Virus genome (UHGV): UHGV-1483427 | Source of the DNA: a virus | Direction: 5' to 3' (one strand) | Length of the DNA: 26,524 bases | In this document: positions 20,045 through 26,524 of the stretch, in pieces | Layout of the letters: every line of letters starts with the position of its first letter | Numbering within the stretch: position 1 is the stretch's first letter | Translations under genes and position numbers: made by a program | The notes under the pieces: model-generated | What the model saw: only the letters and a program-made list of their open reading frames with translations | Database searches by the model: none | Told to the model about the DNA's origin: nothing

Positions 20045-20257
20045 ATGAGCAAATCTTCGACTGTAAGAAAAGCGTTATTTAAAATTGGCGATTCCGTATA
20101 TTTGAAATCAGGCGGTCCTGAGATGTCTGTATACGAAATCCACGAATTCGGAGGTTCTTTTACTGGAACATACACATGCCAATGGTTTGCAGGGAAAAAA
20201 CTTGAGAAAGGACACTTTGCTGAAGAGTCTTTAACGGACACAAACCCAAAGCCATAA
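20045..20257 (+). CDS. Small DUF2158/YodC-like protein (unknown function)
   Basis: 70 aa; FKIGDSVYLKSGGPEMSV...YTCQWFAG pattern resembles the YodC/DUF2158 family as I recall it; RBS gaaggtga upstream. Opposite strand to the late operon, start only 27 bp from the TerS start. Confidence 0.6.
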   Translation: MSKSSTVRKALFKIGDSVYLKSGGPEMSVYEIHEFGGSFTGTYTCQWFAGKKLEKGHFAEESLTDTNPKP

Positions 20258-20301
20258 GCCCAAGCGCGTCTCATTTAAAAGTTGCTGATATAACAAAGTG
20301 G

Positions 20302-20541
20302 ATGATGTCCGCATTAGCAACTGACAGATGCCTTTATCAGCAAGATGTTGTCGATTACCTGATAAAGACAGGTAATGAGCAGCACCTGAAAGAAAATGCA
20401 GATGGCAACCAAGTACTTTCAACCAAAGTTATAAATGCATTTAGAGTTGATAGTGGCGATGATGTCGTTTGGGTTAAGCCAGATAAGTACTGGCGTTTCC
20501 GTGTGCCTGAAGACGAAAACGGTCGTGAAGCCCGCGGTTAA
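20302..20541 (+). CDS. Hypothetical 79-aa protein, downstream partner of the DUF2158-like gene
   Basis: Co-oriented with 20045..20257 and ends 18 nt before a hairpin terminator. No family recognised; weak RBS. Confidence 0.4.
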   Translation: MMSALATDRCLYQQDVVDYLIKTGNEQHLKENADGNQVLSTKVINAFRVDSGDDVVWVKPDKYWRFRVPEDENGREARG

Positions 20542-20550
20542 ACTTATCCA

Positions 20551-20579
20551 CGATAAAAGGCAGCATGCTTAGTGCTGCC
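20551..20579. terminator. Bidirectional hairpin terminator between convergent small-gene pairs
   Basis: ggcagca-tgcttag-tgctgcc hairpin (20559-20579) preceded by aaaa on the plus strand; on the minus strand it is followed by ttttatcg. Confidence 0.45.
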
Positions 20580-20604
20580 ATATTCATCTCACTTAATTGT
20601 CATT

Positions 20605-20784
20605 TCAGGTTGAGAACTCTTTTGCACCTTCAATCAATGACTGCTTCAGCAATTCGAGTGTGCCAATCGCCTCACACAAACTGATTTCACCATCGTAATC
20701 ATGAATAACGCTTTCAAGCCGCTCGTATAGCTCTTGAGTAATTGGGAATTTCTTCTCCTTACCCAAATTGATTACGCGGCTCAC
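20605..20784 (-). CDS. Hypothetical 59-aa protein (ORF B), GTG start, translationally coupled to ORF A
   Basis: Below the track's 60-aa cut-off; found by hand. GGAG 7 nt upstream of GTG 20784; open to stop at 20605-20607; followed by the terminator hairpin. Confidence 0.35.
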   Translation of the reverse strand: MSRVINLGKEKKFPITQELYERLESVIHDYDGEISLCEAIGTLELLKQSLIEGAKEFST

Positions 20785-20785
20785 A

Positions 20786-21028
20786 TCATGCTCCGGTGGT
20801 GAACAGGCCTAACGCTTCCTTCGATTTACGCACCGCTTCGATTGTGCGGGTCGTGATATCTGAATTAGCGCCGCCTGACTGGAAGTGAATTTTGAATAGC
20901 TCAAGCTTCAGTTCGTCAGTGCCAATGAATTGAAATGCTTCCTCTGCGGCTGCGTTCTGGTTCATGACCAGTTTGTAAATCTCTAACTGGAATTTCTGTT
21001 CTTCAGTCATGGGGATAATCTCTGCCAT
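20786..21028 (-). CDS. Hypothetical 80-aa protein (ORF A)
   Basis: Start set at ATG 21028 (MAEIIPMTEEQ...) with ccGGAGccaaca upstream; the track ORF begins upstream at 21058, inside the TerS-remnant homology. No family recognised. Confidence 0.45.
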   Translation of the reverse strand: MAEIIPMTEEQKFQLEIYKLVMNQNAAAEEAFQFIGTDELKLELFKIHFQSGGANSDITTRTIEAVRKSKEALGLFTTGA

Positions 21029-21044
21029 TGTTGGCTCCGGTTGT

Positions 21045-21296
21045 GGTGATGATGTCAAGCAAGCCCATCTTGACTATCTCAACTAGTCGATTCATGACAT
21101 ATGTCACATTTATACCAACCAGATCATTGCGTTGAGTTTACAACTCAATAATTCTTGGTTGGACGTCAAGTTTTGACGGTTTTTCGGGTGGCAGTTGATA
21201 GCAATCTTAGAACTGCCCCCGAATAGCCGCTTGTGTGGCGTTTAAATCGATGAGGTACTCGCGACCGAACGTTTCTTATTTTTCGGTAAGTGCCAT
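21045..21296 (-). pseudogene. Decayed duplicate of the TerS 5' end and upstream sequence (terS remnant)
   Basis: 21064-21296 aligns by eye with 19790-20018 (e.g. ccgaatagccgcttgTgtggcgtttaaatcgatgaggtactcgcgac shared nearly exactly) with indels; the remnant reads MALTEK then stop. Confidence 0.75.
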
Positions 21297-21325
21297 TGCT
21301 TATTCTCTTTATTTAGTTAAACTAT

Positions 21326-21599
21326 CTCCCTACGAGCCCATAGGGAGTGCCGGAAGCGATATCGTTCAAGTGGTGAAAAACATTACAGCAGTAGGACTTT
21401 TGTTTTATCCACTGATACCAAAAGCAGTAAAAGTTGTTAGCGATATAGCCAAAAGCAAGGGGGTTGCCATGAGGAAATATTCAGAAAAATTCATGAATAC
21501 GGTAAAACGCTTAACCTCGAATACCGAAGAACTCACCATGGTCGATGTCGCTCTCTTCTACCTCGGGGGCTGGGTTACGTTCCCACTCCCTATGGGCTC
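21326..21599. repeat. Local hairpin (21326-21347) plus a 16-bp long-range inverted repeat (21334-21349 vs 21584-21599)
   Basis: ctcccta-cgagccca-tagggag hairpin; gagcccatagggagtg recurs as its exact reverse complement cactccctatgggctc about 234 bp downstream. Confidence 0.6.
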
Positions 21600-22044
21600 A
21601 AATCCATCCTAAACTCAATATAACCAATTCGTTTCTGCCTCACATATTGTGCTTTTACTCATTGTCGAGACCACTCATTGAATGGCCTCTGCAATAACCG
21701 ATGTCTTTCCATCAGTCCGCCACCACAAAGAATCTTTTTTGCCATAAGGCTGGAGGTTCATCTTTCAGTGGCTGCCAGTGTTATTTCCCCACTTACTGGC
21801 TTGGGTTGTTTCGCGGTACTGCCGTAACTGGTTGCCCAGAATAAATTCCGGTTTCATTATCAAGCCCACCCGTAGATAGGCTTTGTAATGAACTGGCTCT
21901 TATCTCAACGCAGCCCCTTACCGCGCGCCAGATGCTCAACTTCAAGCATCAGCAATGAGATGTTTAATCTGGATTCACTCCAGAAGTGATCACCACCCTG
22001 TCTACAGAGCCAGATGTGAAGGATGATGAGTAAAATTATCGCTA

Positions 22045-22512
22045 TCATCGAAGGCATTGCGTCCTGATGTATTCCTGAAGAGTTCTCAGTGCTGTTTGGT
22101 CGCGGATAATTCCGTCCCGGACACCGAGAACGTTTCGTCCAGCAACTGGAGAGAGTTCGACGGTGGCATCATTGCCCATGCCGGAGGCGCCGGAGGTTTC
22201 GGCTGAGGATGGCACAGGGCATTTTCCTTTGACGAGCACCCTGCCACCATTATCAAGCTTGCGACGAAGAGCATCATTTTCAGCTTTCGCATCAGCTAAC
22301 TCCTTCGTGTATTTAGCATCGAGTACATCAGCAGCACGCTGGCGTTGCTGCATGTCAGTAATGGTGGCGGTCGCCTGCTTCAGCTCACTGACTTTTTTAT
22401 CACGCTGTTCTTTATAGGCGATGGCGTTATCACGGTAATGATTAACAGCCCATGACAGGCAGACGATGATGCAGATAACCAGAGCGGAGATAATCGCGGT
22501 TACTCTGCTCAT
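22045..22512 (-). CDS. Rz: Spanin, inner-membrane subunit Rz (lambda-type)
   Basis: 155 aa; N-terminus [31 protein letters not shown] matches my recollection of lambda Rz; contains embedded Rz1. Confidence 0.9.
   Translation of the reverse strand: MSRVTAIISALVICIIVCLSWAVNHYRDNAIAYKEQRDKKVSELKQATATITDMQQRQRAADVLDAKYTKELADAKAENDALRRKLDNGGRVLVKGKCPVPSSAETSGASGMGNDATVELSPVAGRNVLGVRDGIIRDQTALRTLQEYIRTQCLR
22086..22292 (-). CDS. Rz1: Spanin, outer-membrane lipoprotein subunit Rz1 (embedded in Rz, +1 frame)
   Basis: 68-aa proline-rich ORF with lipobox MVAG|C, wholly within Rz in another frame. Confidence 0.8.
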   Translation of the reverse strand: MRKLKMMLFVASLIMVAGCSSKENALCHPQPKPPAPPAWAMMPPSNSLQLLDETFSVSGTELSATKQH

Positions 22513-22985
22513 ACCTCAATCTCTCTGACCGTTCCGCCAGCCTCTTTGAATTTTGCAATCAGGTTGTCAGCCTTATGCTCGAACTGACCATAACCAGCCC
22601 CCGGCAGTGAAGCCCAGATATTGCTGCAACGGTCGATAGCCTGACGGATATCACCGCGATCAATCATCGGCAAAGCGCCACGCTCCTTAATCTGCTGCAG
22701 CGCAACAGCGTCCTGGCTTTTGGGAGAGAAGTCTTTCAGGCCAAGCTGCTTACGATAGGCATCCCACCAACGGGAAAGAAGCTGATAGCGCCCGGCTGCT
22801 GTTGATTTGAGTTTTGGGTTTAGCGTGACAAGTTTGCGAGGGTGATCGGAGTAATCGGTAAATAGCTCTCCGCCTACAATGACGTCATAACCATGATTTC
22901 TGGTTTTCTGACGTCCATTATCAGTTCCCTCTGACCACGCCAGCATATCGAGGAACGCCTTACGTTGATTATTGATTTCCACCAT
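22509..22985 (-). CDS. R: Endolysin R (lambda-type lytic transglycosylase)
   Basis: 158 aa; [49 protein letters not shown]... appears near-identical to lambda R as I recall it. Confidence 0.95.
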   Translation of the reverse strand: MVEINNQRKAFLDMLAWSEGTDNGRQKTRNHGYDVIVGGELFTDYSDHPRKLVTLNPKLKSTAAGRYQLLSRWWDAYRKQLGLKDFSPKSQDAVALQQIKERGALPMIDRGDIRQAIDRCSNIWASLPGAGYGQFEHKADNLIAKFKEAGGTVREIEV

Positions 22986-23292
22986 CTTCTACTCCGGCTT
23001 TTTTAGCAGCGAAGCGTTTGATAAGCGAACCAATCGAGTCAGTACCGATGTAGCCGATGAACACGCTCGTTATATAAGCGAGATTGCTACTTAGTCCTGC
23101 GAAGTCGAGAAGGTCACGAATGAACCAGGCGATAATGGCGCACATCGTTGCGTCGATTACTGTTTTTGTAAACGCACCGCCATTATATCTGCCGCGAAGG
23201 TACGCCATTGCAAACGCAAGGATTGCCCCGATGCCTTGTTCCTTTGCCGCGAGAATGGCGGCTAACAGGTCATGTTTTTCTGGCATCTTCAT
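22969..23292 (-). CDS. S: Holin/antiholin S (lambda S107/S105 dual-start)
   Basis: 107 aa; [39 protein letters not shown]... appears near-identical to lambda S as I recall it, including the Met1-Lys2-Met3 dual start. Confidence 0.95.
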   Translation of the reverse strand: MKMPEKHDLLAAILAAKEQGIGAILAFAMAYLRGRYNGGAFTKTVIDATMCAIIAWFIRDLLDFAGLSSNLAYITSVFIGYIGTDSIGSLIKRFAAKKAGVEDGGNQ

Positions 23293-23295
23293 GTC

Positions 23296-23312
23296 TTACC
23301 CCCAATAAGGGG
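23296..23312 (-). promoter_or_regulatory. Stem-loop just upstream of the S start (sdi-like translational control element)
   Basis: On the minus strand: aatCCCCttattGGGGgtaagacATGAAGATG, a 4-5 bp stem overlapping the ribosome-binding region of the S dual start. Confidence 0.45.
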
Positions 23313-23584
23313 ATTTGCTCTATTTAATTAGGAATAAGGTCGATTACTGATAGAACAAATCCAGGCTACTGTGTTTAGTAATCAGATTTGTTCGTGACCG
23401 ATATGCACGGGCAAAACGGCAGGAGGTTGTTAGCGCAACCTCATGCCACCCGCTTTCACGAAGCCAGCCATTGCGCTGGTTTTCTTTTATGCAAAGCACA
23501 CCGCACCGTAGCCACAGCGGATAAGGTGATTATTTTTGTCTGTCTGGTATTTGGTTTGATGCGCTTTCAGAAAGGTCGTGCTTA

Positions 23585-23620
23585 AAACGCAAAAAGCCCC
23601 GAGCTATTAACTCAGGGCTT
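23585..23620 (-). terminator. Late-leader intrinsic terminator (tR'-like)
   Basis: Minus strand: gccctgag-ttaatag-ctcggggc hairpin followed by tttttgcgtttt, about 40 nt downstream of the pR' -10. Confidence 0.65.
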
Positions 23621-23654
23621 TATTTAACGAGTGCATTTATCCATCGTTGAGTCA

Positions 23655-23683
23655 AATTTACCCAACTTTATTCAAAAAGTCAA
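23655..23683 (-). promoter_or_regulatory. Late promoter pR' (-35 TTGACT, 17-bp spacer, -10 TAAATT), presumed site of Q engagement
   Basis: Minus strand reads ataatattgactttttgaataaagttgggtaaatttgactcaacg, directly downstream of the Q stop. Confidence 0.7.
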
Positions 23684-23725
23684 TATTATGCCGTTAATAT
23701 GTTGCCATCCGTGGCAATCATGCTG

Positions 23726-24349
23726 CTAACGTGTGACCGCATTCAAAATGTTGTCTGCGATTGACTCTTCTTTGTGGCATTGCACCACCAGAGCGTCATA
23801 CAGCGGCTTAACAGTGCGTGACCAGGTGGGTTGAGTAAGGTTTGGGATTAGCATCGTTACAGCGCGATATGCGGCGCTTGCTGGCATTCTTGAATAGCCG
23901 ACACCTTTGCATCTTCCGCACTCTTTCTCAACAACTCTCCCCCACTGCTCCGTTTTGGCTATATCAACCGCCCGACCTGTACCGTGGCAATCTCTGCATC
24001 TTGCGCCCGGCGTCGCGGCACTACGGCAATAATCCGCATAAGCGAATGTTGCGAGCACTTGCAGTACCTTTGCCTTAGTATTTCCTTCAAGCTTTGCCAC
24101 ACCACGGTATTTCCCCGATACCTTGTGTGCAAATTGCATCAGATAGTTGATAGCCTTTTGTTTGTCGTTCTGGCTGAGTTCGTGCTTACCGCAGAATGCA
24201 GCCATACCGAATCCGGCTTGTGATTGCGCCATCCCCATAGCAGCCATCACATCAGTACCGGAAAGAGAGTCAGAAGCCGTGGCCCGTGGTGAGTCGCTCA
24301 TCATCGGGCTTTTTGGCGAGTGAAATTTAGCTACGCTTTCGAGTCTCAT
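23726..24349 (-). CDS. Q: Late-gene antiterminator Q (lambda-type)
   Basis: 207 aa; MRLESVAKFHSPKSPMMSDSPRATASDSLSGTDVMAAMGMAQSQAGFGMAAFCGKHEL... appears near-identical to lambda Q as I recall it; Cys-rich zinc-binding motif present. Confidence 0.95.
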   Translation of the reverse strand: MRLESVAKFHSPKSPMMSDSPRATASDSLSGTDVMAAMGMAQSQAGFGMAAFCGKHELSQNDKQKAINYLMQFAHKVSGKYRGVAKLEGNTKAKVLQVLATFAYADYCRSAATPGARCRDCHGTGRAVDIAKTEQWGRVVEKECGRCKGVGYSRMPASAAYRAVTMLIPNLTQPTWSRTVKPLYDALVVQCHKEESIADNILNAVTR

Positions 24350-24534
24350 GGTCTTCCCCTCTTGCCCTGTTTGACCATCAGGACGCCGTTAACTATTACG
24401 TGACGCTCGCCTTTGCTGTCTCGGTTGTACTTGAGCACTGTTCCTCTTGCGCAGGAAAGCATCCTCGCCACTTCGGTCTGATTGCCTCGTGTCTGGATAA
24501 GAAGCTCTGGTATCGTTTGAATTATGGCGTTCAT
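24346..24534 (-). CDS. ninH: NinH-like small DNA-binding protein
   Basis: 62 aa; MNAIIQTIPELLIQTRGNQTEVARMLSCARGTVLKYNR has a Fis-like HTH; 4-nt overlap with the Q start. Confidence 0.8.
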   Translation of the reverse strand: MNAIIQTIPELLIQTRGNQTEVARMLSCARGTVLKYNRDSKGERHVIVNGVLMVKQGKRGRP

Positions 24535-24893
24535 GCGTTCTCCAGTTCGGTGATTTTTATTCCAAGCCTTCCGCCTGGTACTTTCACGCCACGAATTACG
24601 CGAATGTCATCGAATTGCTCGTCGTCTTCCGCAAATCCAGCGTGGATAAGGGAGTCGAGTAAACCTTTCAGGATGTTGTCGAGGTCGCGGCGGCGGGAGT
24701 CTGGAACGTCTGCGATGACTTTGATACGGAGTCGTGATTTGGTGAAAATGTCTAACTTGAGTTGGCGGATGATTTTCTGAACGTCTTTTCTGTATTTCTG
24801 GCCTTTATCGCTAATGTAATATTGGCTTCCTCGTCTTCGCCAGTAGGTATTCACCGACGGTGGGTATGGAAGCACAAACTGATATTCGTTCAT
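24531..24893 (-). CDS. rusA: RusA-type Holliday junction resolvase
   Basis: 120 aa; the LPYPPSVNTYW and DxRRRDLDN motifs are characteristic of RusA as I recall it. Confidence 0.85.
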   Translation of the reverse strand: MNEYQFVLPYPPSVNTYWRRRGSQYYISDKGQKYRKDVQKIIRQLKLDIFTKSRLRIKVIADVPDSRRRDLDNILKGLLDSLIHAGFAEDDEQFDDIRVIRGVKVPGGRLGIKITELENA

Positions 24894-25180
24894 GACTTAA
24901 TCTTCCCCTCCTTCAGCAGTATCGCCTGCGTCCTGATCACGCCTTCGAGGTGGTAAAGTCTGGCGTCTTTGTTGTCGAGGTTATGGGTGCGTCGGTCGAT
25001 TTCATCGTGACACGCGCTACAAGCCCATGCTCCGATCAGGTCGTCAGGTTTCATTCCCGTTCCGCAAATTCCAGCCATCCGGTAATGTGCCAGAACTGTA
25101 GTTTCAGGATTACCATTGCATACGCCGTAAATACGTACCTGGCATTCTCTTCCGCGCGCTTCTTTGCGTAGGTTAGCCAT
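24890..25180 (-). CDS. ybcO: YbcO-like (DUF1364) Cys-rich protein
   Basis: 96 aa with paired Cys/His clusters (CQVRIYGVC...CGTG...CSACHDEID); sits immediately upstream of rusA as ybcO does in DLP12-type nin regions. Confidence 0.65.
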   Translation of the reverse strand: MANLRKEARGRECQVRIYGVCNGNPETTVLAHYRMAGICGTGMKPDDLIGAWACSACHDEIDRRTHNLDNKDARLYHLEGVIRTQAILLKEGKIKS

Positions 25181-25385
25181 TTACCTTCCCTCGCAATTGA
25201 AGAATTGACTGAAGGTCTTTTTTAATAAATATGCGAGTGCGAATTGAGCAGTAGTTTTCCTTCATTCTGGCGTAGTAATAGTCCTTTCGTTGTTTAAGCT
25301 TGTTGGCATCCGCTGTCATCCAGTCTTTTACAGCAAACTTAATTAACCAGCGGTGGCAGAGATACCATTTCAGGTAATCATTCAT
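25173..25385 (-). CDS. Hypothetical nin-region protein (70 aa)
   Basis: ORF in operon context between NinF and the YbcO-like gene, overlapping both; no family recognised. Confidence 0.45.
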   Translation of the reverse strand: MNDYLKWYLCHRWLIKFAVKDWMTADANKLKQRKDYYYARMKENYCSIRTRIFIKKDLQSILQLRGKVNG

Positions 25386-25554
25386 CGTCTTCTTCCTCGT
25401 ACATTGAGCTATTCGGATCGCTCATCAGTTCTGCGCAGCAGTGCTCACACACGTGAACTTCCAGCACATGCAGCTTCTGGCCGCAGTTAGCGCACGTTAA
25501 AGCTCGCTCGACGCTTTCTTTCTGGTATTGAAGGGATTGGGATGGGCTAAGCAT
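25378..25554 (-). CDS. ninF: NinF-like zinc-ribbon protein
   Basis: 58 aa from ATG 25554: MLSPSQSLQYQKESVERALTCANCGQKLHVLEVHVCEHCCAELMSDP, with CxxC...CxxCC as in lambda NinF (track start 25611 is an upstream in-frame ATG). Confidence 0.75.
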   Translation of the reverse strand: MLSPSQSLQYQKESVERALTCANCGQKLHVLEVHVCEHCCAELMSDPNSSMYEEEDDE

Positions 25555-25948
25555 GGCTTTCACCATTAAAAAGTCGCTTGTAAGCATCAATGTCTCGTTT
25601 TGCTTCACCAAGCTTTCGTCTTAATTCCATGTTTTCTGATTCAAGCTTTTCCATGTCTTGTTGGTATCGATCGCGGTGTTCTTTCCATGCTTTTTGATAC
25701 GCCTTCATGTATGTCATGTTGGCCTTTCTCTTTGCCTGACGAACTGCGTGGTGGTTTTTCACAAACCAGTCAGGGTCGTTAAATGCTGCTCTGGCGCATG
25801 TATACCAATAATTTGTTGCCTCCCTGTTTAGCCAATAAATACTGATAAATGGCAACCGGATAGACACCATTTTTCGTTGTGACTCTTTCTCGCCAAACAT
25901 GTGGCCTTTTTTGAGGCTAAGTCCAAATCCAGGTTGAATTAAAAGCAT
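25547..25948 (-). CDS. Hypothetical nin-region protein with C-terminal coiled coil
   Basis: About 133 aa from ATG 25948 (GAGGAA 6 nt upstream); basic and coiled-coil C-terminus; lies between NinE and NinF; no family recognised. Confidence 0.5.
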   Translation of the reverse strand: MLLIQPGFGLSLKKGHMFGEKESQRKMVSIRLPFISIYWLNREATNYWYTCARAAFNDPDWFVKNHHAVRQAKRKANMTYMKAYQKAWKEHRDRYQQDMEKLESENMELRRKLGEAKRDIDAYKRLFNGESHA

Positions 25949-25950
25949 TG

Positions 25951-26127
25951 TCATTTCCTCGCACGATGTCTTAGCCACCGGATATCCCACAGGTGAGCCG
26001 TGTAGTTGAAGGTTTTTACGTCAGATTCTTTTGGGATTGGCTTGCGTTTATTTCTGGAGCGTTTCGTTGGAAGGTATTTGCAGTTTTCGCAGATGATGTC
26101 GGTGATGCTTCGTCGCTGTCGCCTCAT
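25951..26127 (-). CDS. ninE: NinE-like protein
   Basis: 58 aa from ATG 26127: [58 protein letters not shown] matches my recollection of lambda NinE; the ATG overlaps the upstream stop (ATGA). Confidence 0.85.
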   Translation of the reverse strand: MRRQRRSITDIICENCKYLPTKRSRNKRKPIPKESDVKTFNYTAHLWDIRWLRHRARK

Positions 26128-26390
26128 GCAGCCCTGTCTTCCCATCGCGCTTTCATTGTTTCATTTGCAAATCGCCAGAATCTTCCTTTGTGATATGAGC
26201 TTTCGCCATTACAGCAACGACTAATTGACGAACTATCAAATCCTTCTCTGACAGCATCCATAGCTGCTTCATAATAAACCTCCTCCCCAGTTTTCATGTC
26301 AGTAGAAATAACAGCTTTACTGGCAGGATGGTCACCACTAAATTTACCTAGCGATATAGGTATTCTTCCATTTTGTTTATATCCGTGTTT
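26124..26390 (-). pseudogene. 3' fragment of a nin-region gene apparently truncated by the IS insertion (unknown product)
   Basis: Reading frame is open on the minus strand from the IS boundary (26390) to a TGA at 26124-26126 overlapping the NinE start (...[22 protein letters not shown]); no start codon with an RBS in the first 30 codons. Confidence 0.4.
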
Positions 26391-26524
26391 TGAATCGCCA
26401 CGGGTTTAACAGACACCTCAGAGTCATTTAAGATGGCTTAAAGAGAGGTGCCCATGAGCGGTAAGCGTTATCCCGAAGAGTTTAAAACTGAAGCAGTCAA
26501 ACAGGTTGTTGATCGCGGTTATTC
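26391..26524 (+). mobile_element. Left end of an IS3-family insertion sequence (IRL plus start of orfA), continuing beyond the window
   Basis: TGAATCGCCACGGGTTTAACAGACACC... resembles IS3-family terminal inverted repeats (TG start, TTTAAC-GACAC core) and is followed 60 nt later by an orfA start. Confidence 0.7.
26454..26524 (+). CDS. IS3-family transposase OrfA, N-terminal fragment (HTH region)
   Basis: gagaggtg RBS then ATG; MSGKRYPEEFKTEAVKQVVDRGY is typical of IS3-family OrfA N-termini (xEEFKxEAV HTH); truncated by the window end. Confidence 0.75.
   Translation, partial: MSGKRYPEEFKTEAVKQVVDRGY

Noticed and set aside
19624-20082. Plus-strand 152-aa ORF overlapping TerS antisense and running into the DUF2158-like gene region
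   Set aside because: Mostly antisense to terS, in a different frame from the DUF2158-like ORF; Ser/Arg-rich composition; treated as spurious, although a promoter for the plus-strand cassette probably lies in this interval.
21235-21612. Plus-strand 125-aa ORF across the terS remnant and inverted-repeat region
   Set aside because: Its 5' half is antisense to the decayed terS duplicate and mirrors the spurious antisense ORF at 19624..20082. Only the 3' 47 codons (from ATG 21469 with an aaggggg RBS) might be a real small gene, too weak to call.
21613-22044. Possible bor-like or other post-Rz moron gene
   Set aside because: No ORF of 60 aa or more on either strand and no lipoprotein signal found; only short broken minus-strand frames, so treated as non-coding or decayed and folded into the structured-region finding.
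22163-22417. Plus-strand 84-aa ORF antisense to Rz/Rz1
   Set aside because: Antisense within a near-lambda Rz gene; Ala/Ser-rich; no signals.
23388-23585. Plus-strand 65-aa ORF in the late leader between the terminator and S
   Set aside because: Antisense to the late leader, no RBS, Cys/His-rich translation; more likely chance ORF than a bor-like moron.
1-26524. CRISPR arrays, rRNA genes or large tandem repeats
   Set aside because: None seen on reading the window; the only repeats found are the terS duplicate and the 16-bp inverted repeat.

Overview
This window is the attL-proximal ~26.5 kb of a P22-like (Sf6/HK620-type) lambdoid prophage integrated at the 3' end of a tRNA-Arg(CCU) gene (argW-type site). 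All calls come from reading the six-frame translations and the DNA by eye; no searches were run, and family names rest on recalled similarity. Left to right: tRNA 3' end; IntS-like tyrosine integrase; an AT-rich Oac-like O-antigen acyltransferase; a tailspike with a P22-type head-binding N-terminus and a divergent AT-rich receptor-binding domain; an orphan Mnt-like repressor and a lipoprotein; then, on the minus strand, the full morphogenetic operon (ejection proteins, tail needle, head-completion proteins, coat, scaffold, portal, TerL, TerS). Upstream of TerS lies a ~1 kb cassette of four small ORFs bounded by a decayed duplicate of the TerS 5' end, which is the best candidate for an undescribed accessory system. 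Beyond it are an essentially lambda-type Rz/Rz1-R-S lysis cassette, pR' and Q, and a nin region (NinH, RusA, YbcO-like, NinF, NinE) interrupted at the right edge by an IS3-family element. No rRNA or CRISPR array was seen.
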